A stretch of DNA of 64,000 nt from Escherichia phage Ec_MI-02. The position numbers were made by a program, and so were the translations under genes. The notes under the pieces were generated by a model. It saw only the letters and a program-made list of their open reading frames with translations, did not search any database and was not told the origin of the DNA. The stretch lies in sequence record OP856590.1; one strand, 5' to 3'. Below are positions 10,068 to 19,820 of the stretch, one piece after another; position 1 is the stretch's first letter; each line of letters begins with the position of its first letter.

Positions 10068-10464
10068 ATACTCTGTTACTGGAAGCCAGTTGTAGTTTTA
10101 TCTGCTCAATATCATCAGGGTTATCGATGACTGAAAAGCGTATTTCTACTATCAGAGTATAATCATCATAAACTGGTATTACATTAACTGCTAATTTATC
10201 AATACGAGGCTCGTAGTTTCTTACTGCGCTTTCAATGTTCCGCTCAACAGTATCAGCAGTAAGAGGAGTCATATTCTCAAAAAGCTGATCAGATAAATCG
10301 CATCCAAATTCTGGGTCAAATGGCCTTGACCCTTTCCTGGTTGTAATAATTCCTAAAAGGCTATTTTTAATTGACCTTAATCCAAGGGATCTGGAAACGT
10401 CTTTGTCCCAATCCATTTTCATTTCTGGGTCAATGTCAGAATAAAGCTTATTAATATTTGCCAT
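10066..10464 (-). CDS. 25: baseplate wedge protein gp25
   Basis: 132 aa, between uvsY and gene 26. Confidence 0.9.
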   Translation of the reverse strand: MANINKLYSDIDPEMKMDWDKDVSRSLGLRSIKNSLLGIITTRKGSRPFDPEFGCDLSDQLFENMTPLTADTVERNIESAVRNYEPRIDKLAVNVIPVYDDYTLIVEIRFSVIDNPDDIEQIKLQLASSNRV

Positions 10465-11090
10465 TACAATAGCTCAAAGAATTCTTTGAGTCCTCTTATT
10501 ACATGAGCGTGAGTTTTTCCACACTCTGGACACTTAATTGGAACAGCCAAATAAACAGTAGGCTTTAAAAGCATATCTTTTATAGCTACAATATCTGACT
10601 CTGTGATGATAGAATATAAATCTTCCAATTCTTTTTCATTTAAGTCTTCAATTGGAATGCTTTCACCGTTAGCATGAATCGTTTCTATACATGATACTAT
10701 CATGTGGGCTATATTTTTATCATCAAAAATTTTAGGGTAATGGAACTTAATTTTAATGTCACCCAGTGTATACCAGAGGTCTTCTGGTGCATCTATTTGT
10801 GTATGTAATAGATTTATATGGGTTGGTATTTCAGTTCCACAGGTGCACTTCCAGGAGTTTTCGTGATTAACTTCTCCAAGAGAATGCGCCCATAAATGAA
10901 TCAACAGTAGTTCTGATTCTTGGCGGTTTAAATCTTTTGCATTTGTACAGTCTTTGATTAGCTTTTTAACGATCTCTTCTACTGAACCGTTCTTTTTAGC
11001 AGTAATAAGTTCTAGATATTCTTTAAGAGTAAATGCGCGACAGTTGATTATTTTAGAACCAACTCTCACATCAAATTTGTATTCATACAT
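10464..11090 (-). CDS. 26: baseplate hub protein gp26
   Basis: 208 aa; stop overlaps the gp25 start. Confidence 0.85.
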   Translation of the reverse strand: MYEYKFDVRVGSKIINCRAFTLKEYLELITAKKNGSVEEIVKKLIKDCTNAKDLNRQESELLLIHLWAHSLGEVNHENSWKCTCGTEIPTHINLLHTQIDAPEDLWYTLGDIKIKFHYPKIFDDKNIAHMIVSCIETIHANGESIPIEDLNEKELEDLYSIITESDIVAIKDMLLKPTVYLAVPIKCPECGKTHAHVIRGLKEFFELL

Positions 11091-11111
11091 ATTTAGCTCC
11101 TTTATTTATCA

Positions 11112-11123
11112 TATTTATAAATA
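11112..11123. promoter_or_regulatory. overlapping divergent late promoter motifs for gene 26 (-) and gene 51 (+)
   Basis: atatTTATAAATAgaa contains TATAAATA on both strands (11112-11119 minus, 11116-11123 plus). Confidence 0.55.
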
Positions 11124-11140
11124 GAATAAAAGGAGCATCT

Positions 11141-11890
11141 ATGGCAAACATTATTCGTTGTAAATTACCAGATGGTGTTCATCGTTTTAAACCATTTACG
11201 GTAGAAGATTATCGAGATTTTTTGTTAGTTCGAAACGATATAGAACATCGGTCACCACAAGAACAAAAAGAAATAATTGCTGATTTAATTGCCGATTATT
11301 TTGGAGACTATCCGAAGACTTGGCAACCATTTATATTTTTGCAGGTATTTGTAGGGTCAATAGGTAAAACTAAAGTACCGGTCACATTTGTATGTCCAAA
11401 ATGTAAAAAAGAAAAGACAGTTCCATTTGAAATATATCAAAAAGAATTAAAGGAACCTGTTTTTGATGTAGCTAATGTTAAAATTAAATTAAAGTTTCCT
11501 TCTGAGTTTTATGAAAATAAAGCAAAGATGATTACTGAAAATATTCATTCCGTTCAAGTAGATGAAATGTGGTATGATTGGAAGGAAATTAGCGAATCAA
11601 GTCAAATAGAACTTGTTGATGCCATCGAGATAGAAACATTAGAAAAAATTCTCGATGCAATGAATCCTATTAATTTAACATTACATATGTCATGTTGTAA
11701 TAAGTATGTAAAAAAATACACTGATATAGTAGATGTGTTTAAGCTATTAGTTAACCCAGATGAAATATTTACTTTTTATCAAATTAATCACACACTCGTA
11801 AAAAGTAATTATAGCTTAAATTCAATAATGAAAATGATTCCTGCTGAGCGCGGATTCGTATTAAAACTGATTGAGAAGGATAAACAATAA
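11141..11890 (+). CDS. 51: baseplate hub assembly protein gp51
   Basis: 249 aa with Cys pairs (CPKCKK), divergent from gene 26. Confidence 0.85.
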   Translation: MANIIRCKLPDGVHRFKPFTVEDYRDFLLVRNDIEHRSPQEQKEIIADLIADYFGDYPKTWQPFIFLQVFVGSIGKTKVPVTFVCPKCKKEKTVPFEIYQKELKEPVFDVANVKIKLKFPSEFYENKAKMITENIHSVQVDEMWYDWKEISESSQIELVDAIEIETLEKILDAMNPINLTLHMSCCNKYVKKYTDIVDVFKLLVNPDEIFTFYQINHTLVKSNYSLNSIMKMIPAERGFVLKLIEKDKQ

Positions 11891-13065
11891 TGAGTATGTT
11901 GCAACGCCCAGGATATCCAAATCTCAGCGTTAAATTATTTGATAGCTACGACGCTTGGAGTAATAATAGATTTGTTGAATTAGCTGCTACTATTACCACA
12001 TTAACTATGCGGGATTCTCTTTATGGCCGAAATGAAGGAATGCTGCAGTTTTATGATTCTAAAAATATCCATACAAAAATGGATGGAAATGAAATAATTC
12101 AGATTTCTGTAGCTAATGCAAACGATATTAATAATGTTAAAACACGAATTTATGGATGCAAGCATTTTTCCGTGTCAGTAGATTCAAAGGGTGATAACAT
12201 CATTGCTATTGAATTGGGAACTATTCATTCTATAGAAAATCTTAAATTTGGCAGACCGTTTTTCTCTGATGCAGGTGAATCTATAAAGGAAATGCTTGGT
12301 GTCATTTATCAGGATCGCACGTTATTAACTCCAGCAATAAATGCTATAAATGCATATGTTCCTGATATTCCATGGACTAGCACATTTGAAAACTATTTGT
12401 CGTATGTCAGAGAAGTTGCTCTAGCTGTAGGAAGTGACAAATTTGTATTTGTGTGGCAAGACATCATGGGAGTTAACATGATGGACTATGATATGATGAT
12501 AAATCAAGAACCGTATCCAATGATTGTCGGTGAGCCATCTTTAATAGGTCAATTCATCCAAGAATTAAAATATCCATTAGCATATGATTTCGTTTGGTTG
12601 ACTAAATCGAATCCTCACAAACGCGACCCAATGAAAAATGCTACTATTTATGCTCATTCATTTTTAGATTCTTCATTGCCAATGATTACTACAGGAAAGG
12701 GCGAAAACTCTATTGTAGTATCAAGGTCAGGTGCTTATTCTGAAATGACTTATAGGAATGGCTATGAAGAAGCTATTCGTCTTCAAACTATGGCACAATA
12801 CGATGGCTATGCTAAATGTTCTACTGTCGGTAATTTTAACTTGACTCCTGGCGTTAAAATTATTTTTAATGATAGTAAAAACCAATTTAAAACAGAATTT
12901 TACGTTGATGAAGTTATCCATGAATTATCCAATAATAATTCAGTAACTCATCTATATATGTTCACTAATGCAACGAAACTGGAAACAATAGACCCAGTTA
13001 AGGTTAAAAATGAATTTAAATCTGATACTACCACTGAAGAAAGTAGTTCTTCCAATAAGCAATAA
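11890..13065 (+). CDS. 27: baseplate hub protein gp27
   Basis: 391 aa after gene 51. Confidence 0.9.
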   Translation: MSMLQRPGYPNLSVKLFDSYDAWSNNRFVELAATITTLTMRDSLYGRNEGMLQFYDSKNIHTKMDGNEIIQISVANANDINNVKTRIYGCKHFSVSVDSKGDNIIAIELGTIHSIENLKFGRPFFSDAGESIKEMLGVIYQDRTLLTPAINAINAYVPDIPWTSTFENYLSYVREVALAVGSDKFVFVWQDIMGVNMMDYDMMINQEPYPMIVGEPSLIGQFIQELKYPLAYDFVWLTKSNPHKRDPMKNATIYAHSFLDSSLPMITTGKGENSIVVSRSGAYSEMTYRNGYEEAIRLQTMAQYDGYAKCSTVGNFNLTPGVKIIFNDSKNQFKTEFYVDEVIHELSNNNSVTHLYMFTNATKLETIDPVKVKNEFKSDTTTEESSSSNKQ

Positions 13066-13543
13066 AGAAGTTTCTATTCCTAAAATGGGTCTTAAACATT
13101 ATAACATTTTAAAAGATGTTAAAGGTCCTGATGAAAATTTAAAACTTCTTATTGATTCTATTTGCCCGAATTTATCACCGGCAGAAGTTGATTTCGTTTC
13201 AATTCATTTATTGGAATTTAATGGAAAGATTAAATCTCGTAAAGAAATAGATGGTTATACTTATGACATTAATGATGTTTATGTGTGCCAAAGATTAGAA
13301 TTTCAATACCAAGGAAATACATTTTATTTTAGACCTCCTGGAAAATTTGAACAATTTTTAACGGTGAGCGATATGTTATCCAAATGCTTGCTTAAGGTCA
13401 ACGATGAAGTTAAAGAAATTAATTTTCTTGAGATGCCAGCATTCGTTTTAAAATGGGCAAATGATATTTTTACAACTTTAGCAATTCCTGGCCCTAATGG
13501 TCCAATAACTGGAATTGGTAATATTATTGGATTATTTGAATGA
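13010..13543 (+). CDS. 28: baseplate hub distal subunit gp28
   Basis: 177 aa, overlaps the 3' end of gene 27. Confidence 0.8.
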   Translation: MNLNLILPLKKVVLPISNKEVSIPKMGLKHYNILKDVKGPDENLKLLIDSICPNLSPAEVDFVSIHLLEFNGKIKSRKEIDGYTYDINDVYVCQRLEFQYQGNTFYFRPPGKFEQFLTVSDMLSKCLLKVNDEVKEINFLEMPAFVLKWANDIFTTLAIPGPNGPITGIGNIIGLFE

Positions 13544-15312
13544 AAAAGCCACAAGAAATGCAAACGATGCGTAGAAAAGTTATTTCAGATAATAAACCAA
13601 CACAGGAAGCGGCTAAATCCGCTTCCAACACTTTATCTGGACTTAACGATATATCTACGAAGTTGGATGATGCTCAAGCTGCTTCTGAATTAATTGCTCA
13701 AACTGTCGAAGAAAAATCGAATGAAATAATTGGAGCAATTGACAATGTAGAAAGCGCAGTGAGTGATACTACTGCTGGTTCTGAGTTAATTGCTGAAACT
13801 GTCGAAATTGGCAACAATATTAATAAAGAAATCGGTGAATCACTCGGAAGTAAATTAGATAAATTAACAAGTTTACTAGAGCAAAAAATTCAGACAGCCG
13901 GAATTCAACAAACTGGAACTAGTTTAGCTACGGTTGAAAGCGCTATTCCTGTTAAAGTTGTTGAGGACGATACAGCTGAATCTGTAGGTCCTTTATTACC
14001 GGCTCCTGAAGCAGTTAATAATGATCCTGATGCTGATTTTTTCCCTACCCCTCAGCCAGTTGAACCTAAACAAGAATCGCCAGAAGAAAAACAGAAAAAA
14101 GACGCATTTAACTTAAAATTATCTCAAGCTTTAGATAAATTAACAAAGACTGTTGATTTCGGATTTAAGAAATCTATTTCAATTACTGATAAAATATCAA
14201 GCATGCTATTTAAGTATACTGTCAGTGCTGCTATTGAAGCTGCTAAAATGACTGCAATGATATTGGCTGTTGTTGTTGGAATAGATCTGCTGATGGTTCA
14301 CTTTAAATATTGGTCAGATAAATTTTCGCAGGCTTGGGATTTATTTAGTTCAAACTTTACTAAATTCTCTAGCGAAACCGGAACATGGGGTCCTTTATTA
14401 CAGAGCATCTTTAGTTCTATTGATGAAATTAAAAAATTCTGGGAAGAGGGAGATTGGGGCGGTTTGACGGTAGCTATTGTAGAAGGGCTCGGAAAGGTTC
14501 TTTACAATTTAGGTGAACTTATTCAATTAGGTATGGCTAAATTATCTGCGGCAATTCTTCGAGTTATTCCTGGTATGAAGGATACTGCTGATGAAGTAGA
14601 AGGAAGAGCGCTGGAAAATTTCCAAAATTCTACTGGAGCATCTCTTAATAAAGAAGACCAGGAAAAAGTTGCGAATTATCAAGATAAACGAATGAATGAC
14701 GATCTTGGTCCAATAGCAAAAGGATTAGATAAAATTGCTAATTGGAAAACCCGTGCATCTAACTGGATTCGTGGTGTTGATAATAAAGAAGCATTGACAA
14801 CCGATGAAGAACGCGCAGCAGAAGAAGAAAAATTAAAGCAACTTTCACCTGAAGAAAGAAAAAATGCTTTAATGAAGGCTAATGAAGCACGTGCCGCGAT
14901 GATTCGTTTTGAAAAATATGCTGATTCAGCTGATATGAGTAAAGACTCAACGGTTAAATCAGTTGAAGCTGCCTATGAAGACCTTAAAAAACGAATGGAT
15001 GACCCGGATTTAAATAATTCACCGGCAGTTAAAAAAGAACTTGCTGCTAGATTTTCTAAAATTGATGCTACTTATCAAGAGCTCAAGAAAAATCAGCCTA
15101 ATGCCAAACCTGAAACTTCTGCTAAATCGCCAGAAGCAAAACAAGTCCAGGTAATAGAAAAGAACAAAGCACAGCAAGCTCCTGTTCAACAAGCATCTCC
15201 TTCAATCAATAATACTAATAATGTTGTTAAGAAAAATACTGTCGTTCATAATATGACACCCGTAACGAGCACGACTGCTCCTGGTGTATTTGATGCGACT
15301 GGAGTTAATTAA
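13540..15312 (+). CDS. 29: baseplate hub / tail length determinator gp29
   Basis: 590 aa, ATGA overlap with gene 28. Confidence 0.9.
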   Translation: MKKPQEMQTMRRKVISDNKPTQEAAKSASNTLSGLNDISTKLDDAQAASELIAQTVEEKSNEIIGAIDNVESAVSDTTAGSELIAETVEIGNNINKEIGESLGSKLDKLTSLLEQKIQTAGIQQTGTSLATVESAIPVKVVEDDTAESVGPLLPAPEAVNNDPDADFFPTPQPVEPKQESPEEKQKKDAFNLKLSQALDKLTKTVDFGFKKSISITDKISSMLFKYTVSAAIEAAKMTAMILAVVVGIDLLMVHFKYWSDKFSQAWDLFSSNFTKFSSETGTWGPLLQSIFSSIDEIKKFWEEGDWGGLTVAIVEGLGKVLYNLGELIQLGMAKLSAAILRVIPGMKDTADEVEGRALENFQNSTGASLNKEDQEKVANYQDKRMNDDLGPIAKGLDKIANWKTRASNWIRGVDNKEALTTDEERAAEEEKLKQLSPEERKNALMKANEARAAMIRFEKYADSADMSKDSTVKSVEAAYEDLKKRMDDPDLNNSPAVKKELAARFSKIDATYQELKKNQPNAKPETSAKSPEAKQVQVIEKNKAQQAPVQQASPSINNTNNVVKKNTVVHNMTPVTSTTAPGVFDATGVN

Positions 15313-15320
15313 GGAATAAT

Positions 15321-16415
15321 ATGGCAATTGTTAAAGAAATAACTGCTGATTTAATTAAAAAGTCCGGTGAGAAAATTTCAGCCGGACAGAGTACTAAATC
15401 AGAAGTAGCAACTAAAACATACACTGCCCAGTTTCCAACTGGGCGTGCTAGTGGTAATGACACTACAGGGGACTTCCAGGTAACAGATCTATATAAGAAT
15501 GGATTATTATTTACTGCATACAATATGTCATCTAGGGATTCTGGAAGTCTTAGATCGATGAGATCTAACTACTCTTCTTCATCTTCGAGTATTTTAAGTA
15601 CAGCTAGAAACACTATTAGTAGTACAGTATCAAAACTATCAAATGGATTAATATCAAATAACAATTCAGGAACAATAAGTAAAGCTCCTGTCGCAAACAT
15701 TCTTTTACCGAGATCTAAATCTGATGTTGATACATCATCACACAGATTTAATGATGTTCAAGAAAGTCTTATCAGCAGAGGCGGAGGTACTGCTACTGGT
15801 GTGTTAAGTAATATTGCTTCAACTGCAGTATTTGGGGCACTGGAAAGTATAACACAGGGTATAATGGCTGATAATAATGAACAGATTTATACGACAGCCA
15901 GAAGTATGTATGGTGGTGCTGAGAATAGAACTAAAGTGTTTACATGGGATTTGACTCCACGTTCAACAGAAGATTTGATGGCTATTATCAATATCTATCA
16001 ATATTTTAACTATTTTTCTTATGGTGAAACGGGCAAATCTCAATATGCTGCTGAAATAAAGGGGTATTTAGATGATTGGTATCGTTCTACGTTAATTGAA
16101 CCTTTATCTCCGGAAGACGCAGCTAAAAATAAAACACTATTTAAGAAAATGACATCGAGCTTAACTAACGTTCTAGTAGTTTCAAACCCGACAATTTGGA
16201 TGGTGAAAAACTTTGGTGCAACATCTAAGTTTGATGGAAAAACGGAAATATTTGGCCCATGCCAAATACAGAGCATCAGATTTGATAAAACACCTAATGG
16301 TAACTTTAACGGATTAGCTATTGCTCCAAACCTCCCTAGTACATTTACTCTTGAGATTACTATGAGAGAAATTATCACGTTAAACCGTGCTTCTTTATAT
16401 GCGGGGACTTTTTAA
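15321..16415 (+). CDS. 48: baseplate tail tube cap gp48
   Basis: 364 aa after gene 29. Confidence 0.9.
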   Translation: MAIVKEITADLIKKSGEKISAGQSTKSEVATKTYTAQFPTGRASGNDTTGDFQVTDLYKNGLLFTAYNMSSRDSGSLRSMRSNYSSSSSSILSTARNTISSTVSKLSNGLISNNNSGTISKAPVANILLPRSKSDVDTSSHRFNDVQESLISRGGGTATGVLSNIASTAVFGALESITQGIMADNNEQIYTTARSMYGGAENRTKVFTWDLTPRSTEDLMAIINIYQYFNYFSYGETGKSQYAAEIKGYLDDWYRSTLIEPLSPEDAAKNKTLFKKMTSSLTNVLVVSNPTIWMVKNFGATSKFDGKTEIFGPCQIQSIRFDKTPNGNFNGLAIAPNLPSTFTLEITMREIITLNRASLYAGTF

Positions 16416-17380
16416 TGTATTCTTTAGAGGAATTTAATAATCAAGCAATAAACGCAGATTTCCAACGTAATAATATGTTTAGCTGCGTTTTTGCGACAAC
16501 TCCATCAACTAAAAGCTCTTCGTTGATAAGTTCAATTAGCAACTTTTCTTATAATAACTTGGGTCTAAATTCAGACTGGTTAGGATTGACTCAAGGCGAT
16601 ATTAATCAGGGAATTACCACGCTAATTACTGCTGGCACACAAAAACTGATAAGAAAATCAGGGGTTAGTAAATATCTTATTGGTGCCATGAGTCAACGTA
16701 CAGTTCAAAGTTTATTGGGCTCATTTACAGTTGGTACATATTTAATTGATTTCTTTAATATGGCATATAATTCATCTGGATTGATGATATATTCTGTAAA
16801 AATGCCAGAGAATAGATTATCCTATGAAACTGACTGGAACTATAATTCTCCTAATATTCGCATAACTGGGAGAGAATTAGACCCTTTGGTTATTTCATTT
16901 AGAATGGATTCAGAAGCTTGTAACTATCGTGCAATGCAAGACTGGGTTAACGCTGTTCAAGACCCAGTAACTGGACTGCGTGCTTTGCCGCAAGATGTCG
17001 AGGCAGATATTCAGGTTAATCTTCATGCTCGTAATGGATTACCTCATACTGCAGTGATGTTCACCGGATGCATTCCAGTGTCAGTGAGCGCTCCTGAGCT
17101 ATCATATGATGGAGATAACCAAATAACTACATTTGATGTTACTTTTGCGTATAGAGTCATGCAGGCTGGGTCGGTTGATAGACAAGCTGCGCTTGAGTGG
17201 CTTGAATCTGCTGCTATAAACGGTATTCAAAGCGTTCTCGGAAATAGTGGAGGTGTTACTGGATTATCTAATTCGCTTTCACGACTTAGTAGATTAGGGG
17301 GAACTGCTGGAAGCATTTCAAACATTAATACTATGACGGGAATTGTCAATTCGCAAAGTAAAATATTAGGAGCAATATAA
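16415..17380 (+). CDS. 54: baseplate tail tube initiator gp54
   Basis: 321 aa, overlapping start with the gene 48 stop. Confidence 0.9.
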   Translation: MYSLEEFNNQAINADFQRNNMFSCVFATTPSTKSSSLISSISNFSYNNLGLNSDWLGLTQGDINQGITTLITAGTQKLIRKSGVSKYLIGAMSQRTVQSLLGSFTVGTYLIDFFNMAYNSSGLMIYSVKMPENRLSYETDWNYNSPNIRITGRELDPLVISFRMDSEACNYRAMQDWVNAVQDPVTGLRALPQDVEADIQVNLHARNGLPHTAVMFTGCIPVSVSAPELSYDGDNQITTFDVTFAYRVMQAGSVDRQAALEWLESAAINGIQSVLGNSGGVTGLSNSLSRLSRLGGTAGSISNINTMTGIVNSQSKILGAI

Positions 17381-17384
17381 CAAT

Positions 17385-17402
17385 GGGGACCGAAAGGTCC
17401 CC
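17385..17402. terminator. bidirectional stem-loop between gene 54 and the alt operon
   Basis: GGGGACC-GAAA-GGTCCCC flanked by T-run. Confidence 0.7.
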
Positions 17403-17408
17403 ATATTT

Positions 17409-17699
17409 TTATTTACGGAATGAAATAAAAGCAGCAACTGAAGCAACTAAGCTGTCTTCAATATAAACTTCAATTTTTACCGGAGCTTCTGACTCAAATT
17501 TACCTGTTACTACACCTTGGAAAATGCTTTCAGTCTGCTCTGGCTTTGAAAAATTTTCAGAAGGAAAAATTCCGAACTTTTTATCTGTTCCAAAAATTTT
17601 GATAAATTCATCATAAACTGCTTCATTAAAAGCGTTATCAGCAGGAATAACGCCTTCAACTACAAGTTCTTGACCTAAAAAGCGTAAAGAAGATTTCAT
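17409..17699 (-). CDS. hypothetical protein (alt-downstream small ORF)
   Basis: 96-aa ORF with its own early-type promoter and RBS GAGGAA. Confidence 0.7.
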   Translation of the reverse strand: MKSSLRFLGQELVVEGVIPADNAFNEAVYDEFIKIFGTDKKFGIFPSENFSKPEQTESIFQGVVTGKFESEAPVKIEVYIEDSLVASVAAFISFRK

Positions 17700-17730
17700 T
17701 TTGTGTTCCTCATGTTATGTCAGTAAAACT

Positions 17731-17759
17731 ATTGTAACACAACACGAGGGACTTGTAAA
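17731..17759 (-). promoter_or_regulatory. sigma70-type early promoter (TTTACA-17-TACAAT) with conserved leader
   Basis: minus-strand GTTTACAA, 17-nt spacer, TACAAT; part of a 53-bp element repeated at 33441-33493. Confidence 0.6.
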
Positions 17760-19817
17760 CTACATCTTGAACTTTTTAGACATTCCGTTGATGTTAACCA
17801 AAGAAGCCAAGATTTGAGAAACTTCGTTTTCCTCTTCTTTTGATTCTTCTACAAGGAATTGATTAAACCCAGCCATTGGACGAACTTCACCAGTTTCCAT
17901 TAGATGATCGCCATCATATACCGATTCTTCTAATTGTTCAGAAGGAGGAACGATTGTGCCTTCGATTAGATACTTATTATAAGCAGTTTCTTTCATCATG
18001 TACGTGCTCACTTTATTAATCTTCAGCAAAATTCCACGCGGTAAAATAACTTCAGCTTCTGATGGAAATCCTGATAAATGACCTGGAACGATAACTTTGA
18101 TTCGCTCAGCCCCTTTAATTACCATACCTACGCTAGTTTCAGCATCTTCATTAGCATATGCAGAATGACTACCCATATGCATTAAATCTTCAGCATCAAC
18201 AGAACCTTCTCCTTCACCAGAAAATACTGCGCCGGAATCATCTAGAGCCATATAGTTTTTACCATGCTCACCGAAGATATTTGGTTTAAGCGATGTTGAT
18301 ACGAAGTTCTTGAAATAGAACATTTTATTTTCAATATTATGACGTAAAGTTTTAAAAGTAACTTCTTGTCCACGATAAAGCGTAGTTCCCGGAGGAAGAA
18401 CTGATCCTTTGGCAAAGGCAGAATCCATTGTCTCGATGTGTTTAATAGCTCGTTCCATGTATTCTTCACGGGTAGAATCTGGTTTACCCAAGAGGAACGA
18501 GTTCATTTCAACATATGAATCTGCACAATAATCTTCGATTACATCAGACTCAGCCTGAGTCAGTCCTTTTGGAGTTACTTCGGTGCTTGCATATTCATAT
18601 GCCTGAGCAGCAGATTCATTAATCAATTTATAAATGCCATTCATGACAAATTGAATAATAGCTACCTTTTCGTCTGGTGTGGCTTTAGAACCTTTAACTA
18701 AATCATTGATAATTTTCTTAATAACATCAAAGCTATTAGAAATATTAATGTCAGCGAGATCGCTCAAAATTTTATCGGTTTTATAATCAAAAAATTCTTT
18801 ATTCTTTAAATATTCTTGAGAACCTTGATGTGTTATATCGCTCTGCAGTCTGATAGACGGATCACGTAAACGTGCATGGGCCAATGCAATATGATTTCGG
18901 AAGCTTTCTAGTTCATAATCGCTAGATTTAAAACGAGAAGCACTTCTCATACCACCGATAGCTCCTTTTCCGAAGTTTGAACCAATCTGAATAACACCAG
19001 AGTTCATTGGTCCTTCTGCTTTATATACCGGAACTTTAGATTCAAACTCTTGATATTTCTTGGCAGCGAAGCTATCACCCTGAAGCGAAGCATCTACAGT
19101 AGAATATTGAGCTTGTGCTGCCAATCGACGACTAATTTTAGTTTTCTGAATAACAGCTTGATCCGTGCGCTTATCATTTTCTAAAGCAATAGAAGCAGCA
19201 ACAGCAACAGCTTTAGGAACAGCATTACCTGTTTTAACATCTACATAAACATCACCAACCTTTGATTCAACTTTTGTGAATAACTCAGTTGAAATAGGAG
19301 GTACACCTGGAATGTCTTCTAAATTGGCATTTTTACGGTAAACCATAATATATGCATACTTTTTATCATAATCCCAGATTTCCTTTAAAAGAACATATCG
19401 ACCTGCTCCTTTAGTACGTACTAAACGGTCAGCAATAACTTGCATTTGACGAGCAGCTCCATTTGTTTTACTTTTTAGTACGCGGAATAGGCATGCGTCA
19501 ATTTTATACTGTTTCATTGTTTGAAGAGCAGTATCAAAAACCGCATTAATGACACCAATTGGATTTCCACCCAAGTTTTTAAGTTTAACTAATGATAGTT
19601 TCTCATTAACACCTATCATTACGATATGCATCATTTTATCGCCTGGCTTAACGTTTTTATTTGTATCACCACCAGAGGTGTATGTACAAAATCTAAATCC
19701 AGGAAGCACACTTTCTTCGCCGGCTTGAATAGCAAAAATTTGAGGTATTTTATGCTTAGGATTTAAGTTAACAATCGGCGCCGAAGCGCCGTCAAATAAT
19801 TCTGTAATAAGTTCCAT
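17760..19817 (-). CDS. Alt-like ADP-ribosyltransferase paralog (copy B, diverged)
   Basis: 685 aa; N-terminal third similar to copy A; retains the ART motifs Arg (LYRGQ), FVSTSL and E-x-E (EAEVILPRG). Confidence 0.8.
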   Translation of the reverse strand: MELITELFDGASAPIVNLNPKHKIPQIFAIQAGEESVLPGFRFCTYTSGGDTNKNVKPGDKMMHIVMIGVNEKLSLVKLKNLGGNPIGVINAVFDTALQTMKQYKIDACLFRVLKSKTNGAARQMQVIADRLVRTKGAGRYVLLKEIWDYDKKYAYIMVYRKNANLEDIPGVPPISTELFTKVESKVGDVYVDVKTGNAVPKAVAVAASIALENDKRTDQAVIQKTKISRRLAAQAQYSTVDASLQGDSFAAKKYQEFESKVPVYKAEGPMNSGVIQIGSNFGKGAIGGMRSASRFKSSDYELESFRNHIALAHARLRDPSIRLQSDITHQGSQEYLKNKEFFDYKTDKILSDLADINISNSFDVIKKIINDLVKGSKATPDEKVAIIQFVMNGIYKLINESAAQAYEYASTEVTPKGLTQAESDVIEDYCADSYVEMNSFLLGKPDSTREEYMERAIKHIETMDSAFAKGSVLPPGTTLYRGQEVTFKTLRHNIENKMFYFKNFVSTSLKPNIFGEHGKNYMALDDSGAVFSGEGEGSVDAEDLMHMGSHSAYANEDAETSVGMVIKGAERIKVIVPGHLSGFPSEAEVILPRGILLKINKVSTYMMKETAYNKYLIEGTIVPPSEQLEESVYDGDHLMETGEVRPMAGFNQFLVEESKEEENEVSQILASLVNINGMSKKFKM

Positions 19818-19820
19818 GAT

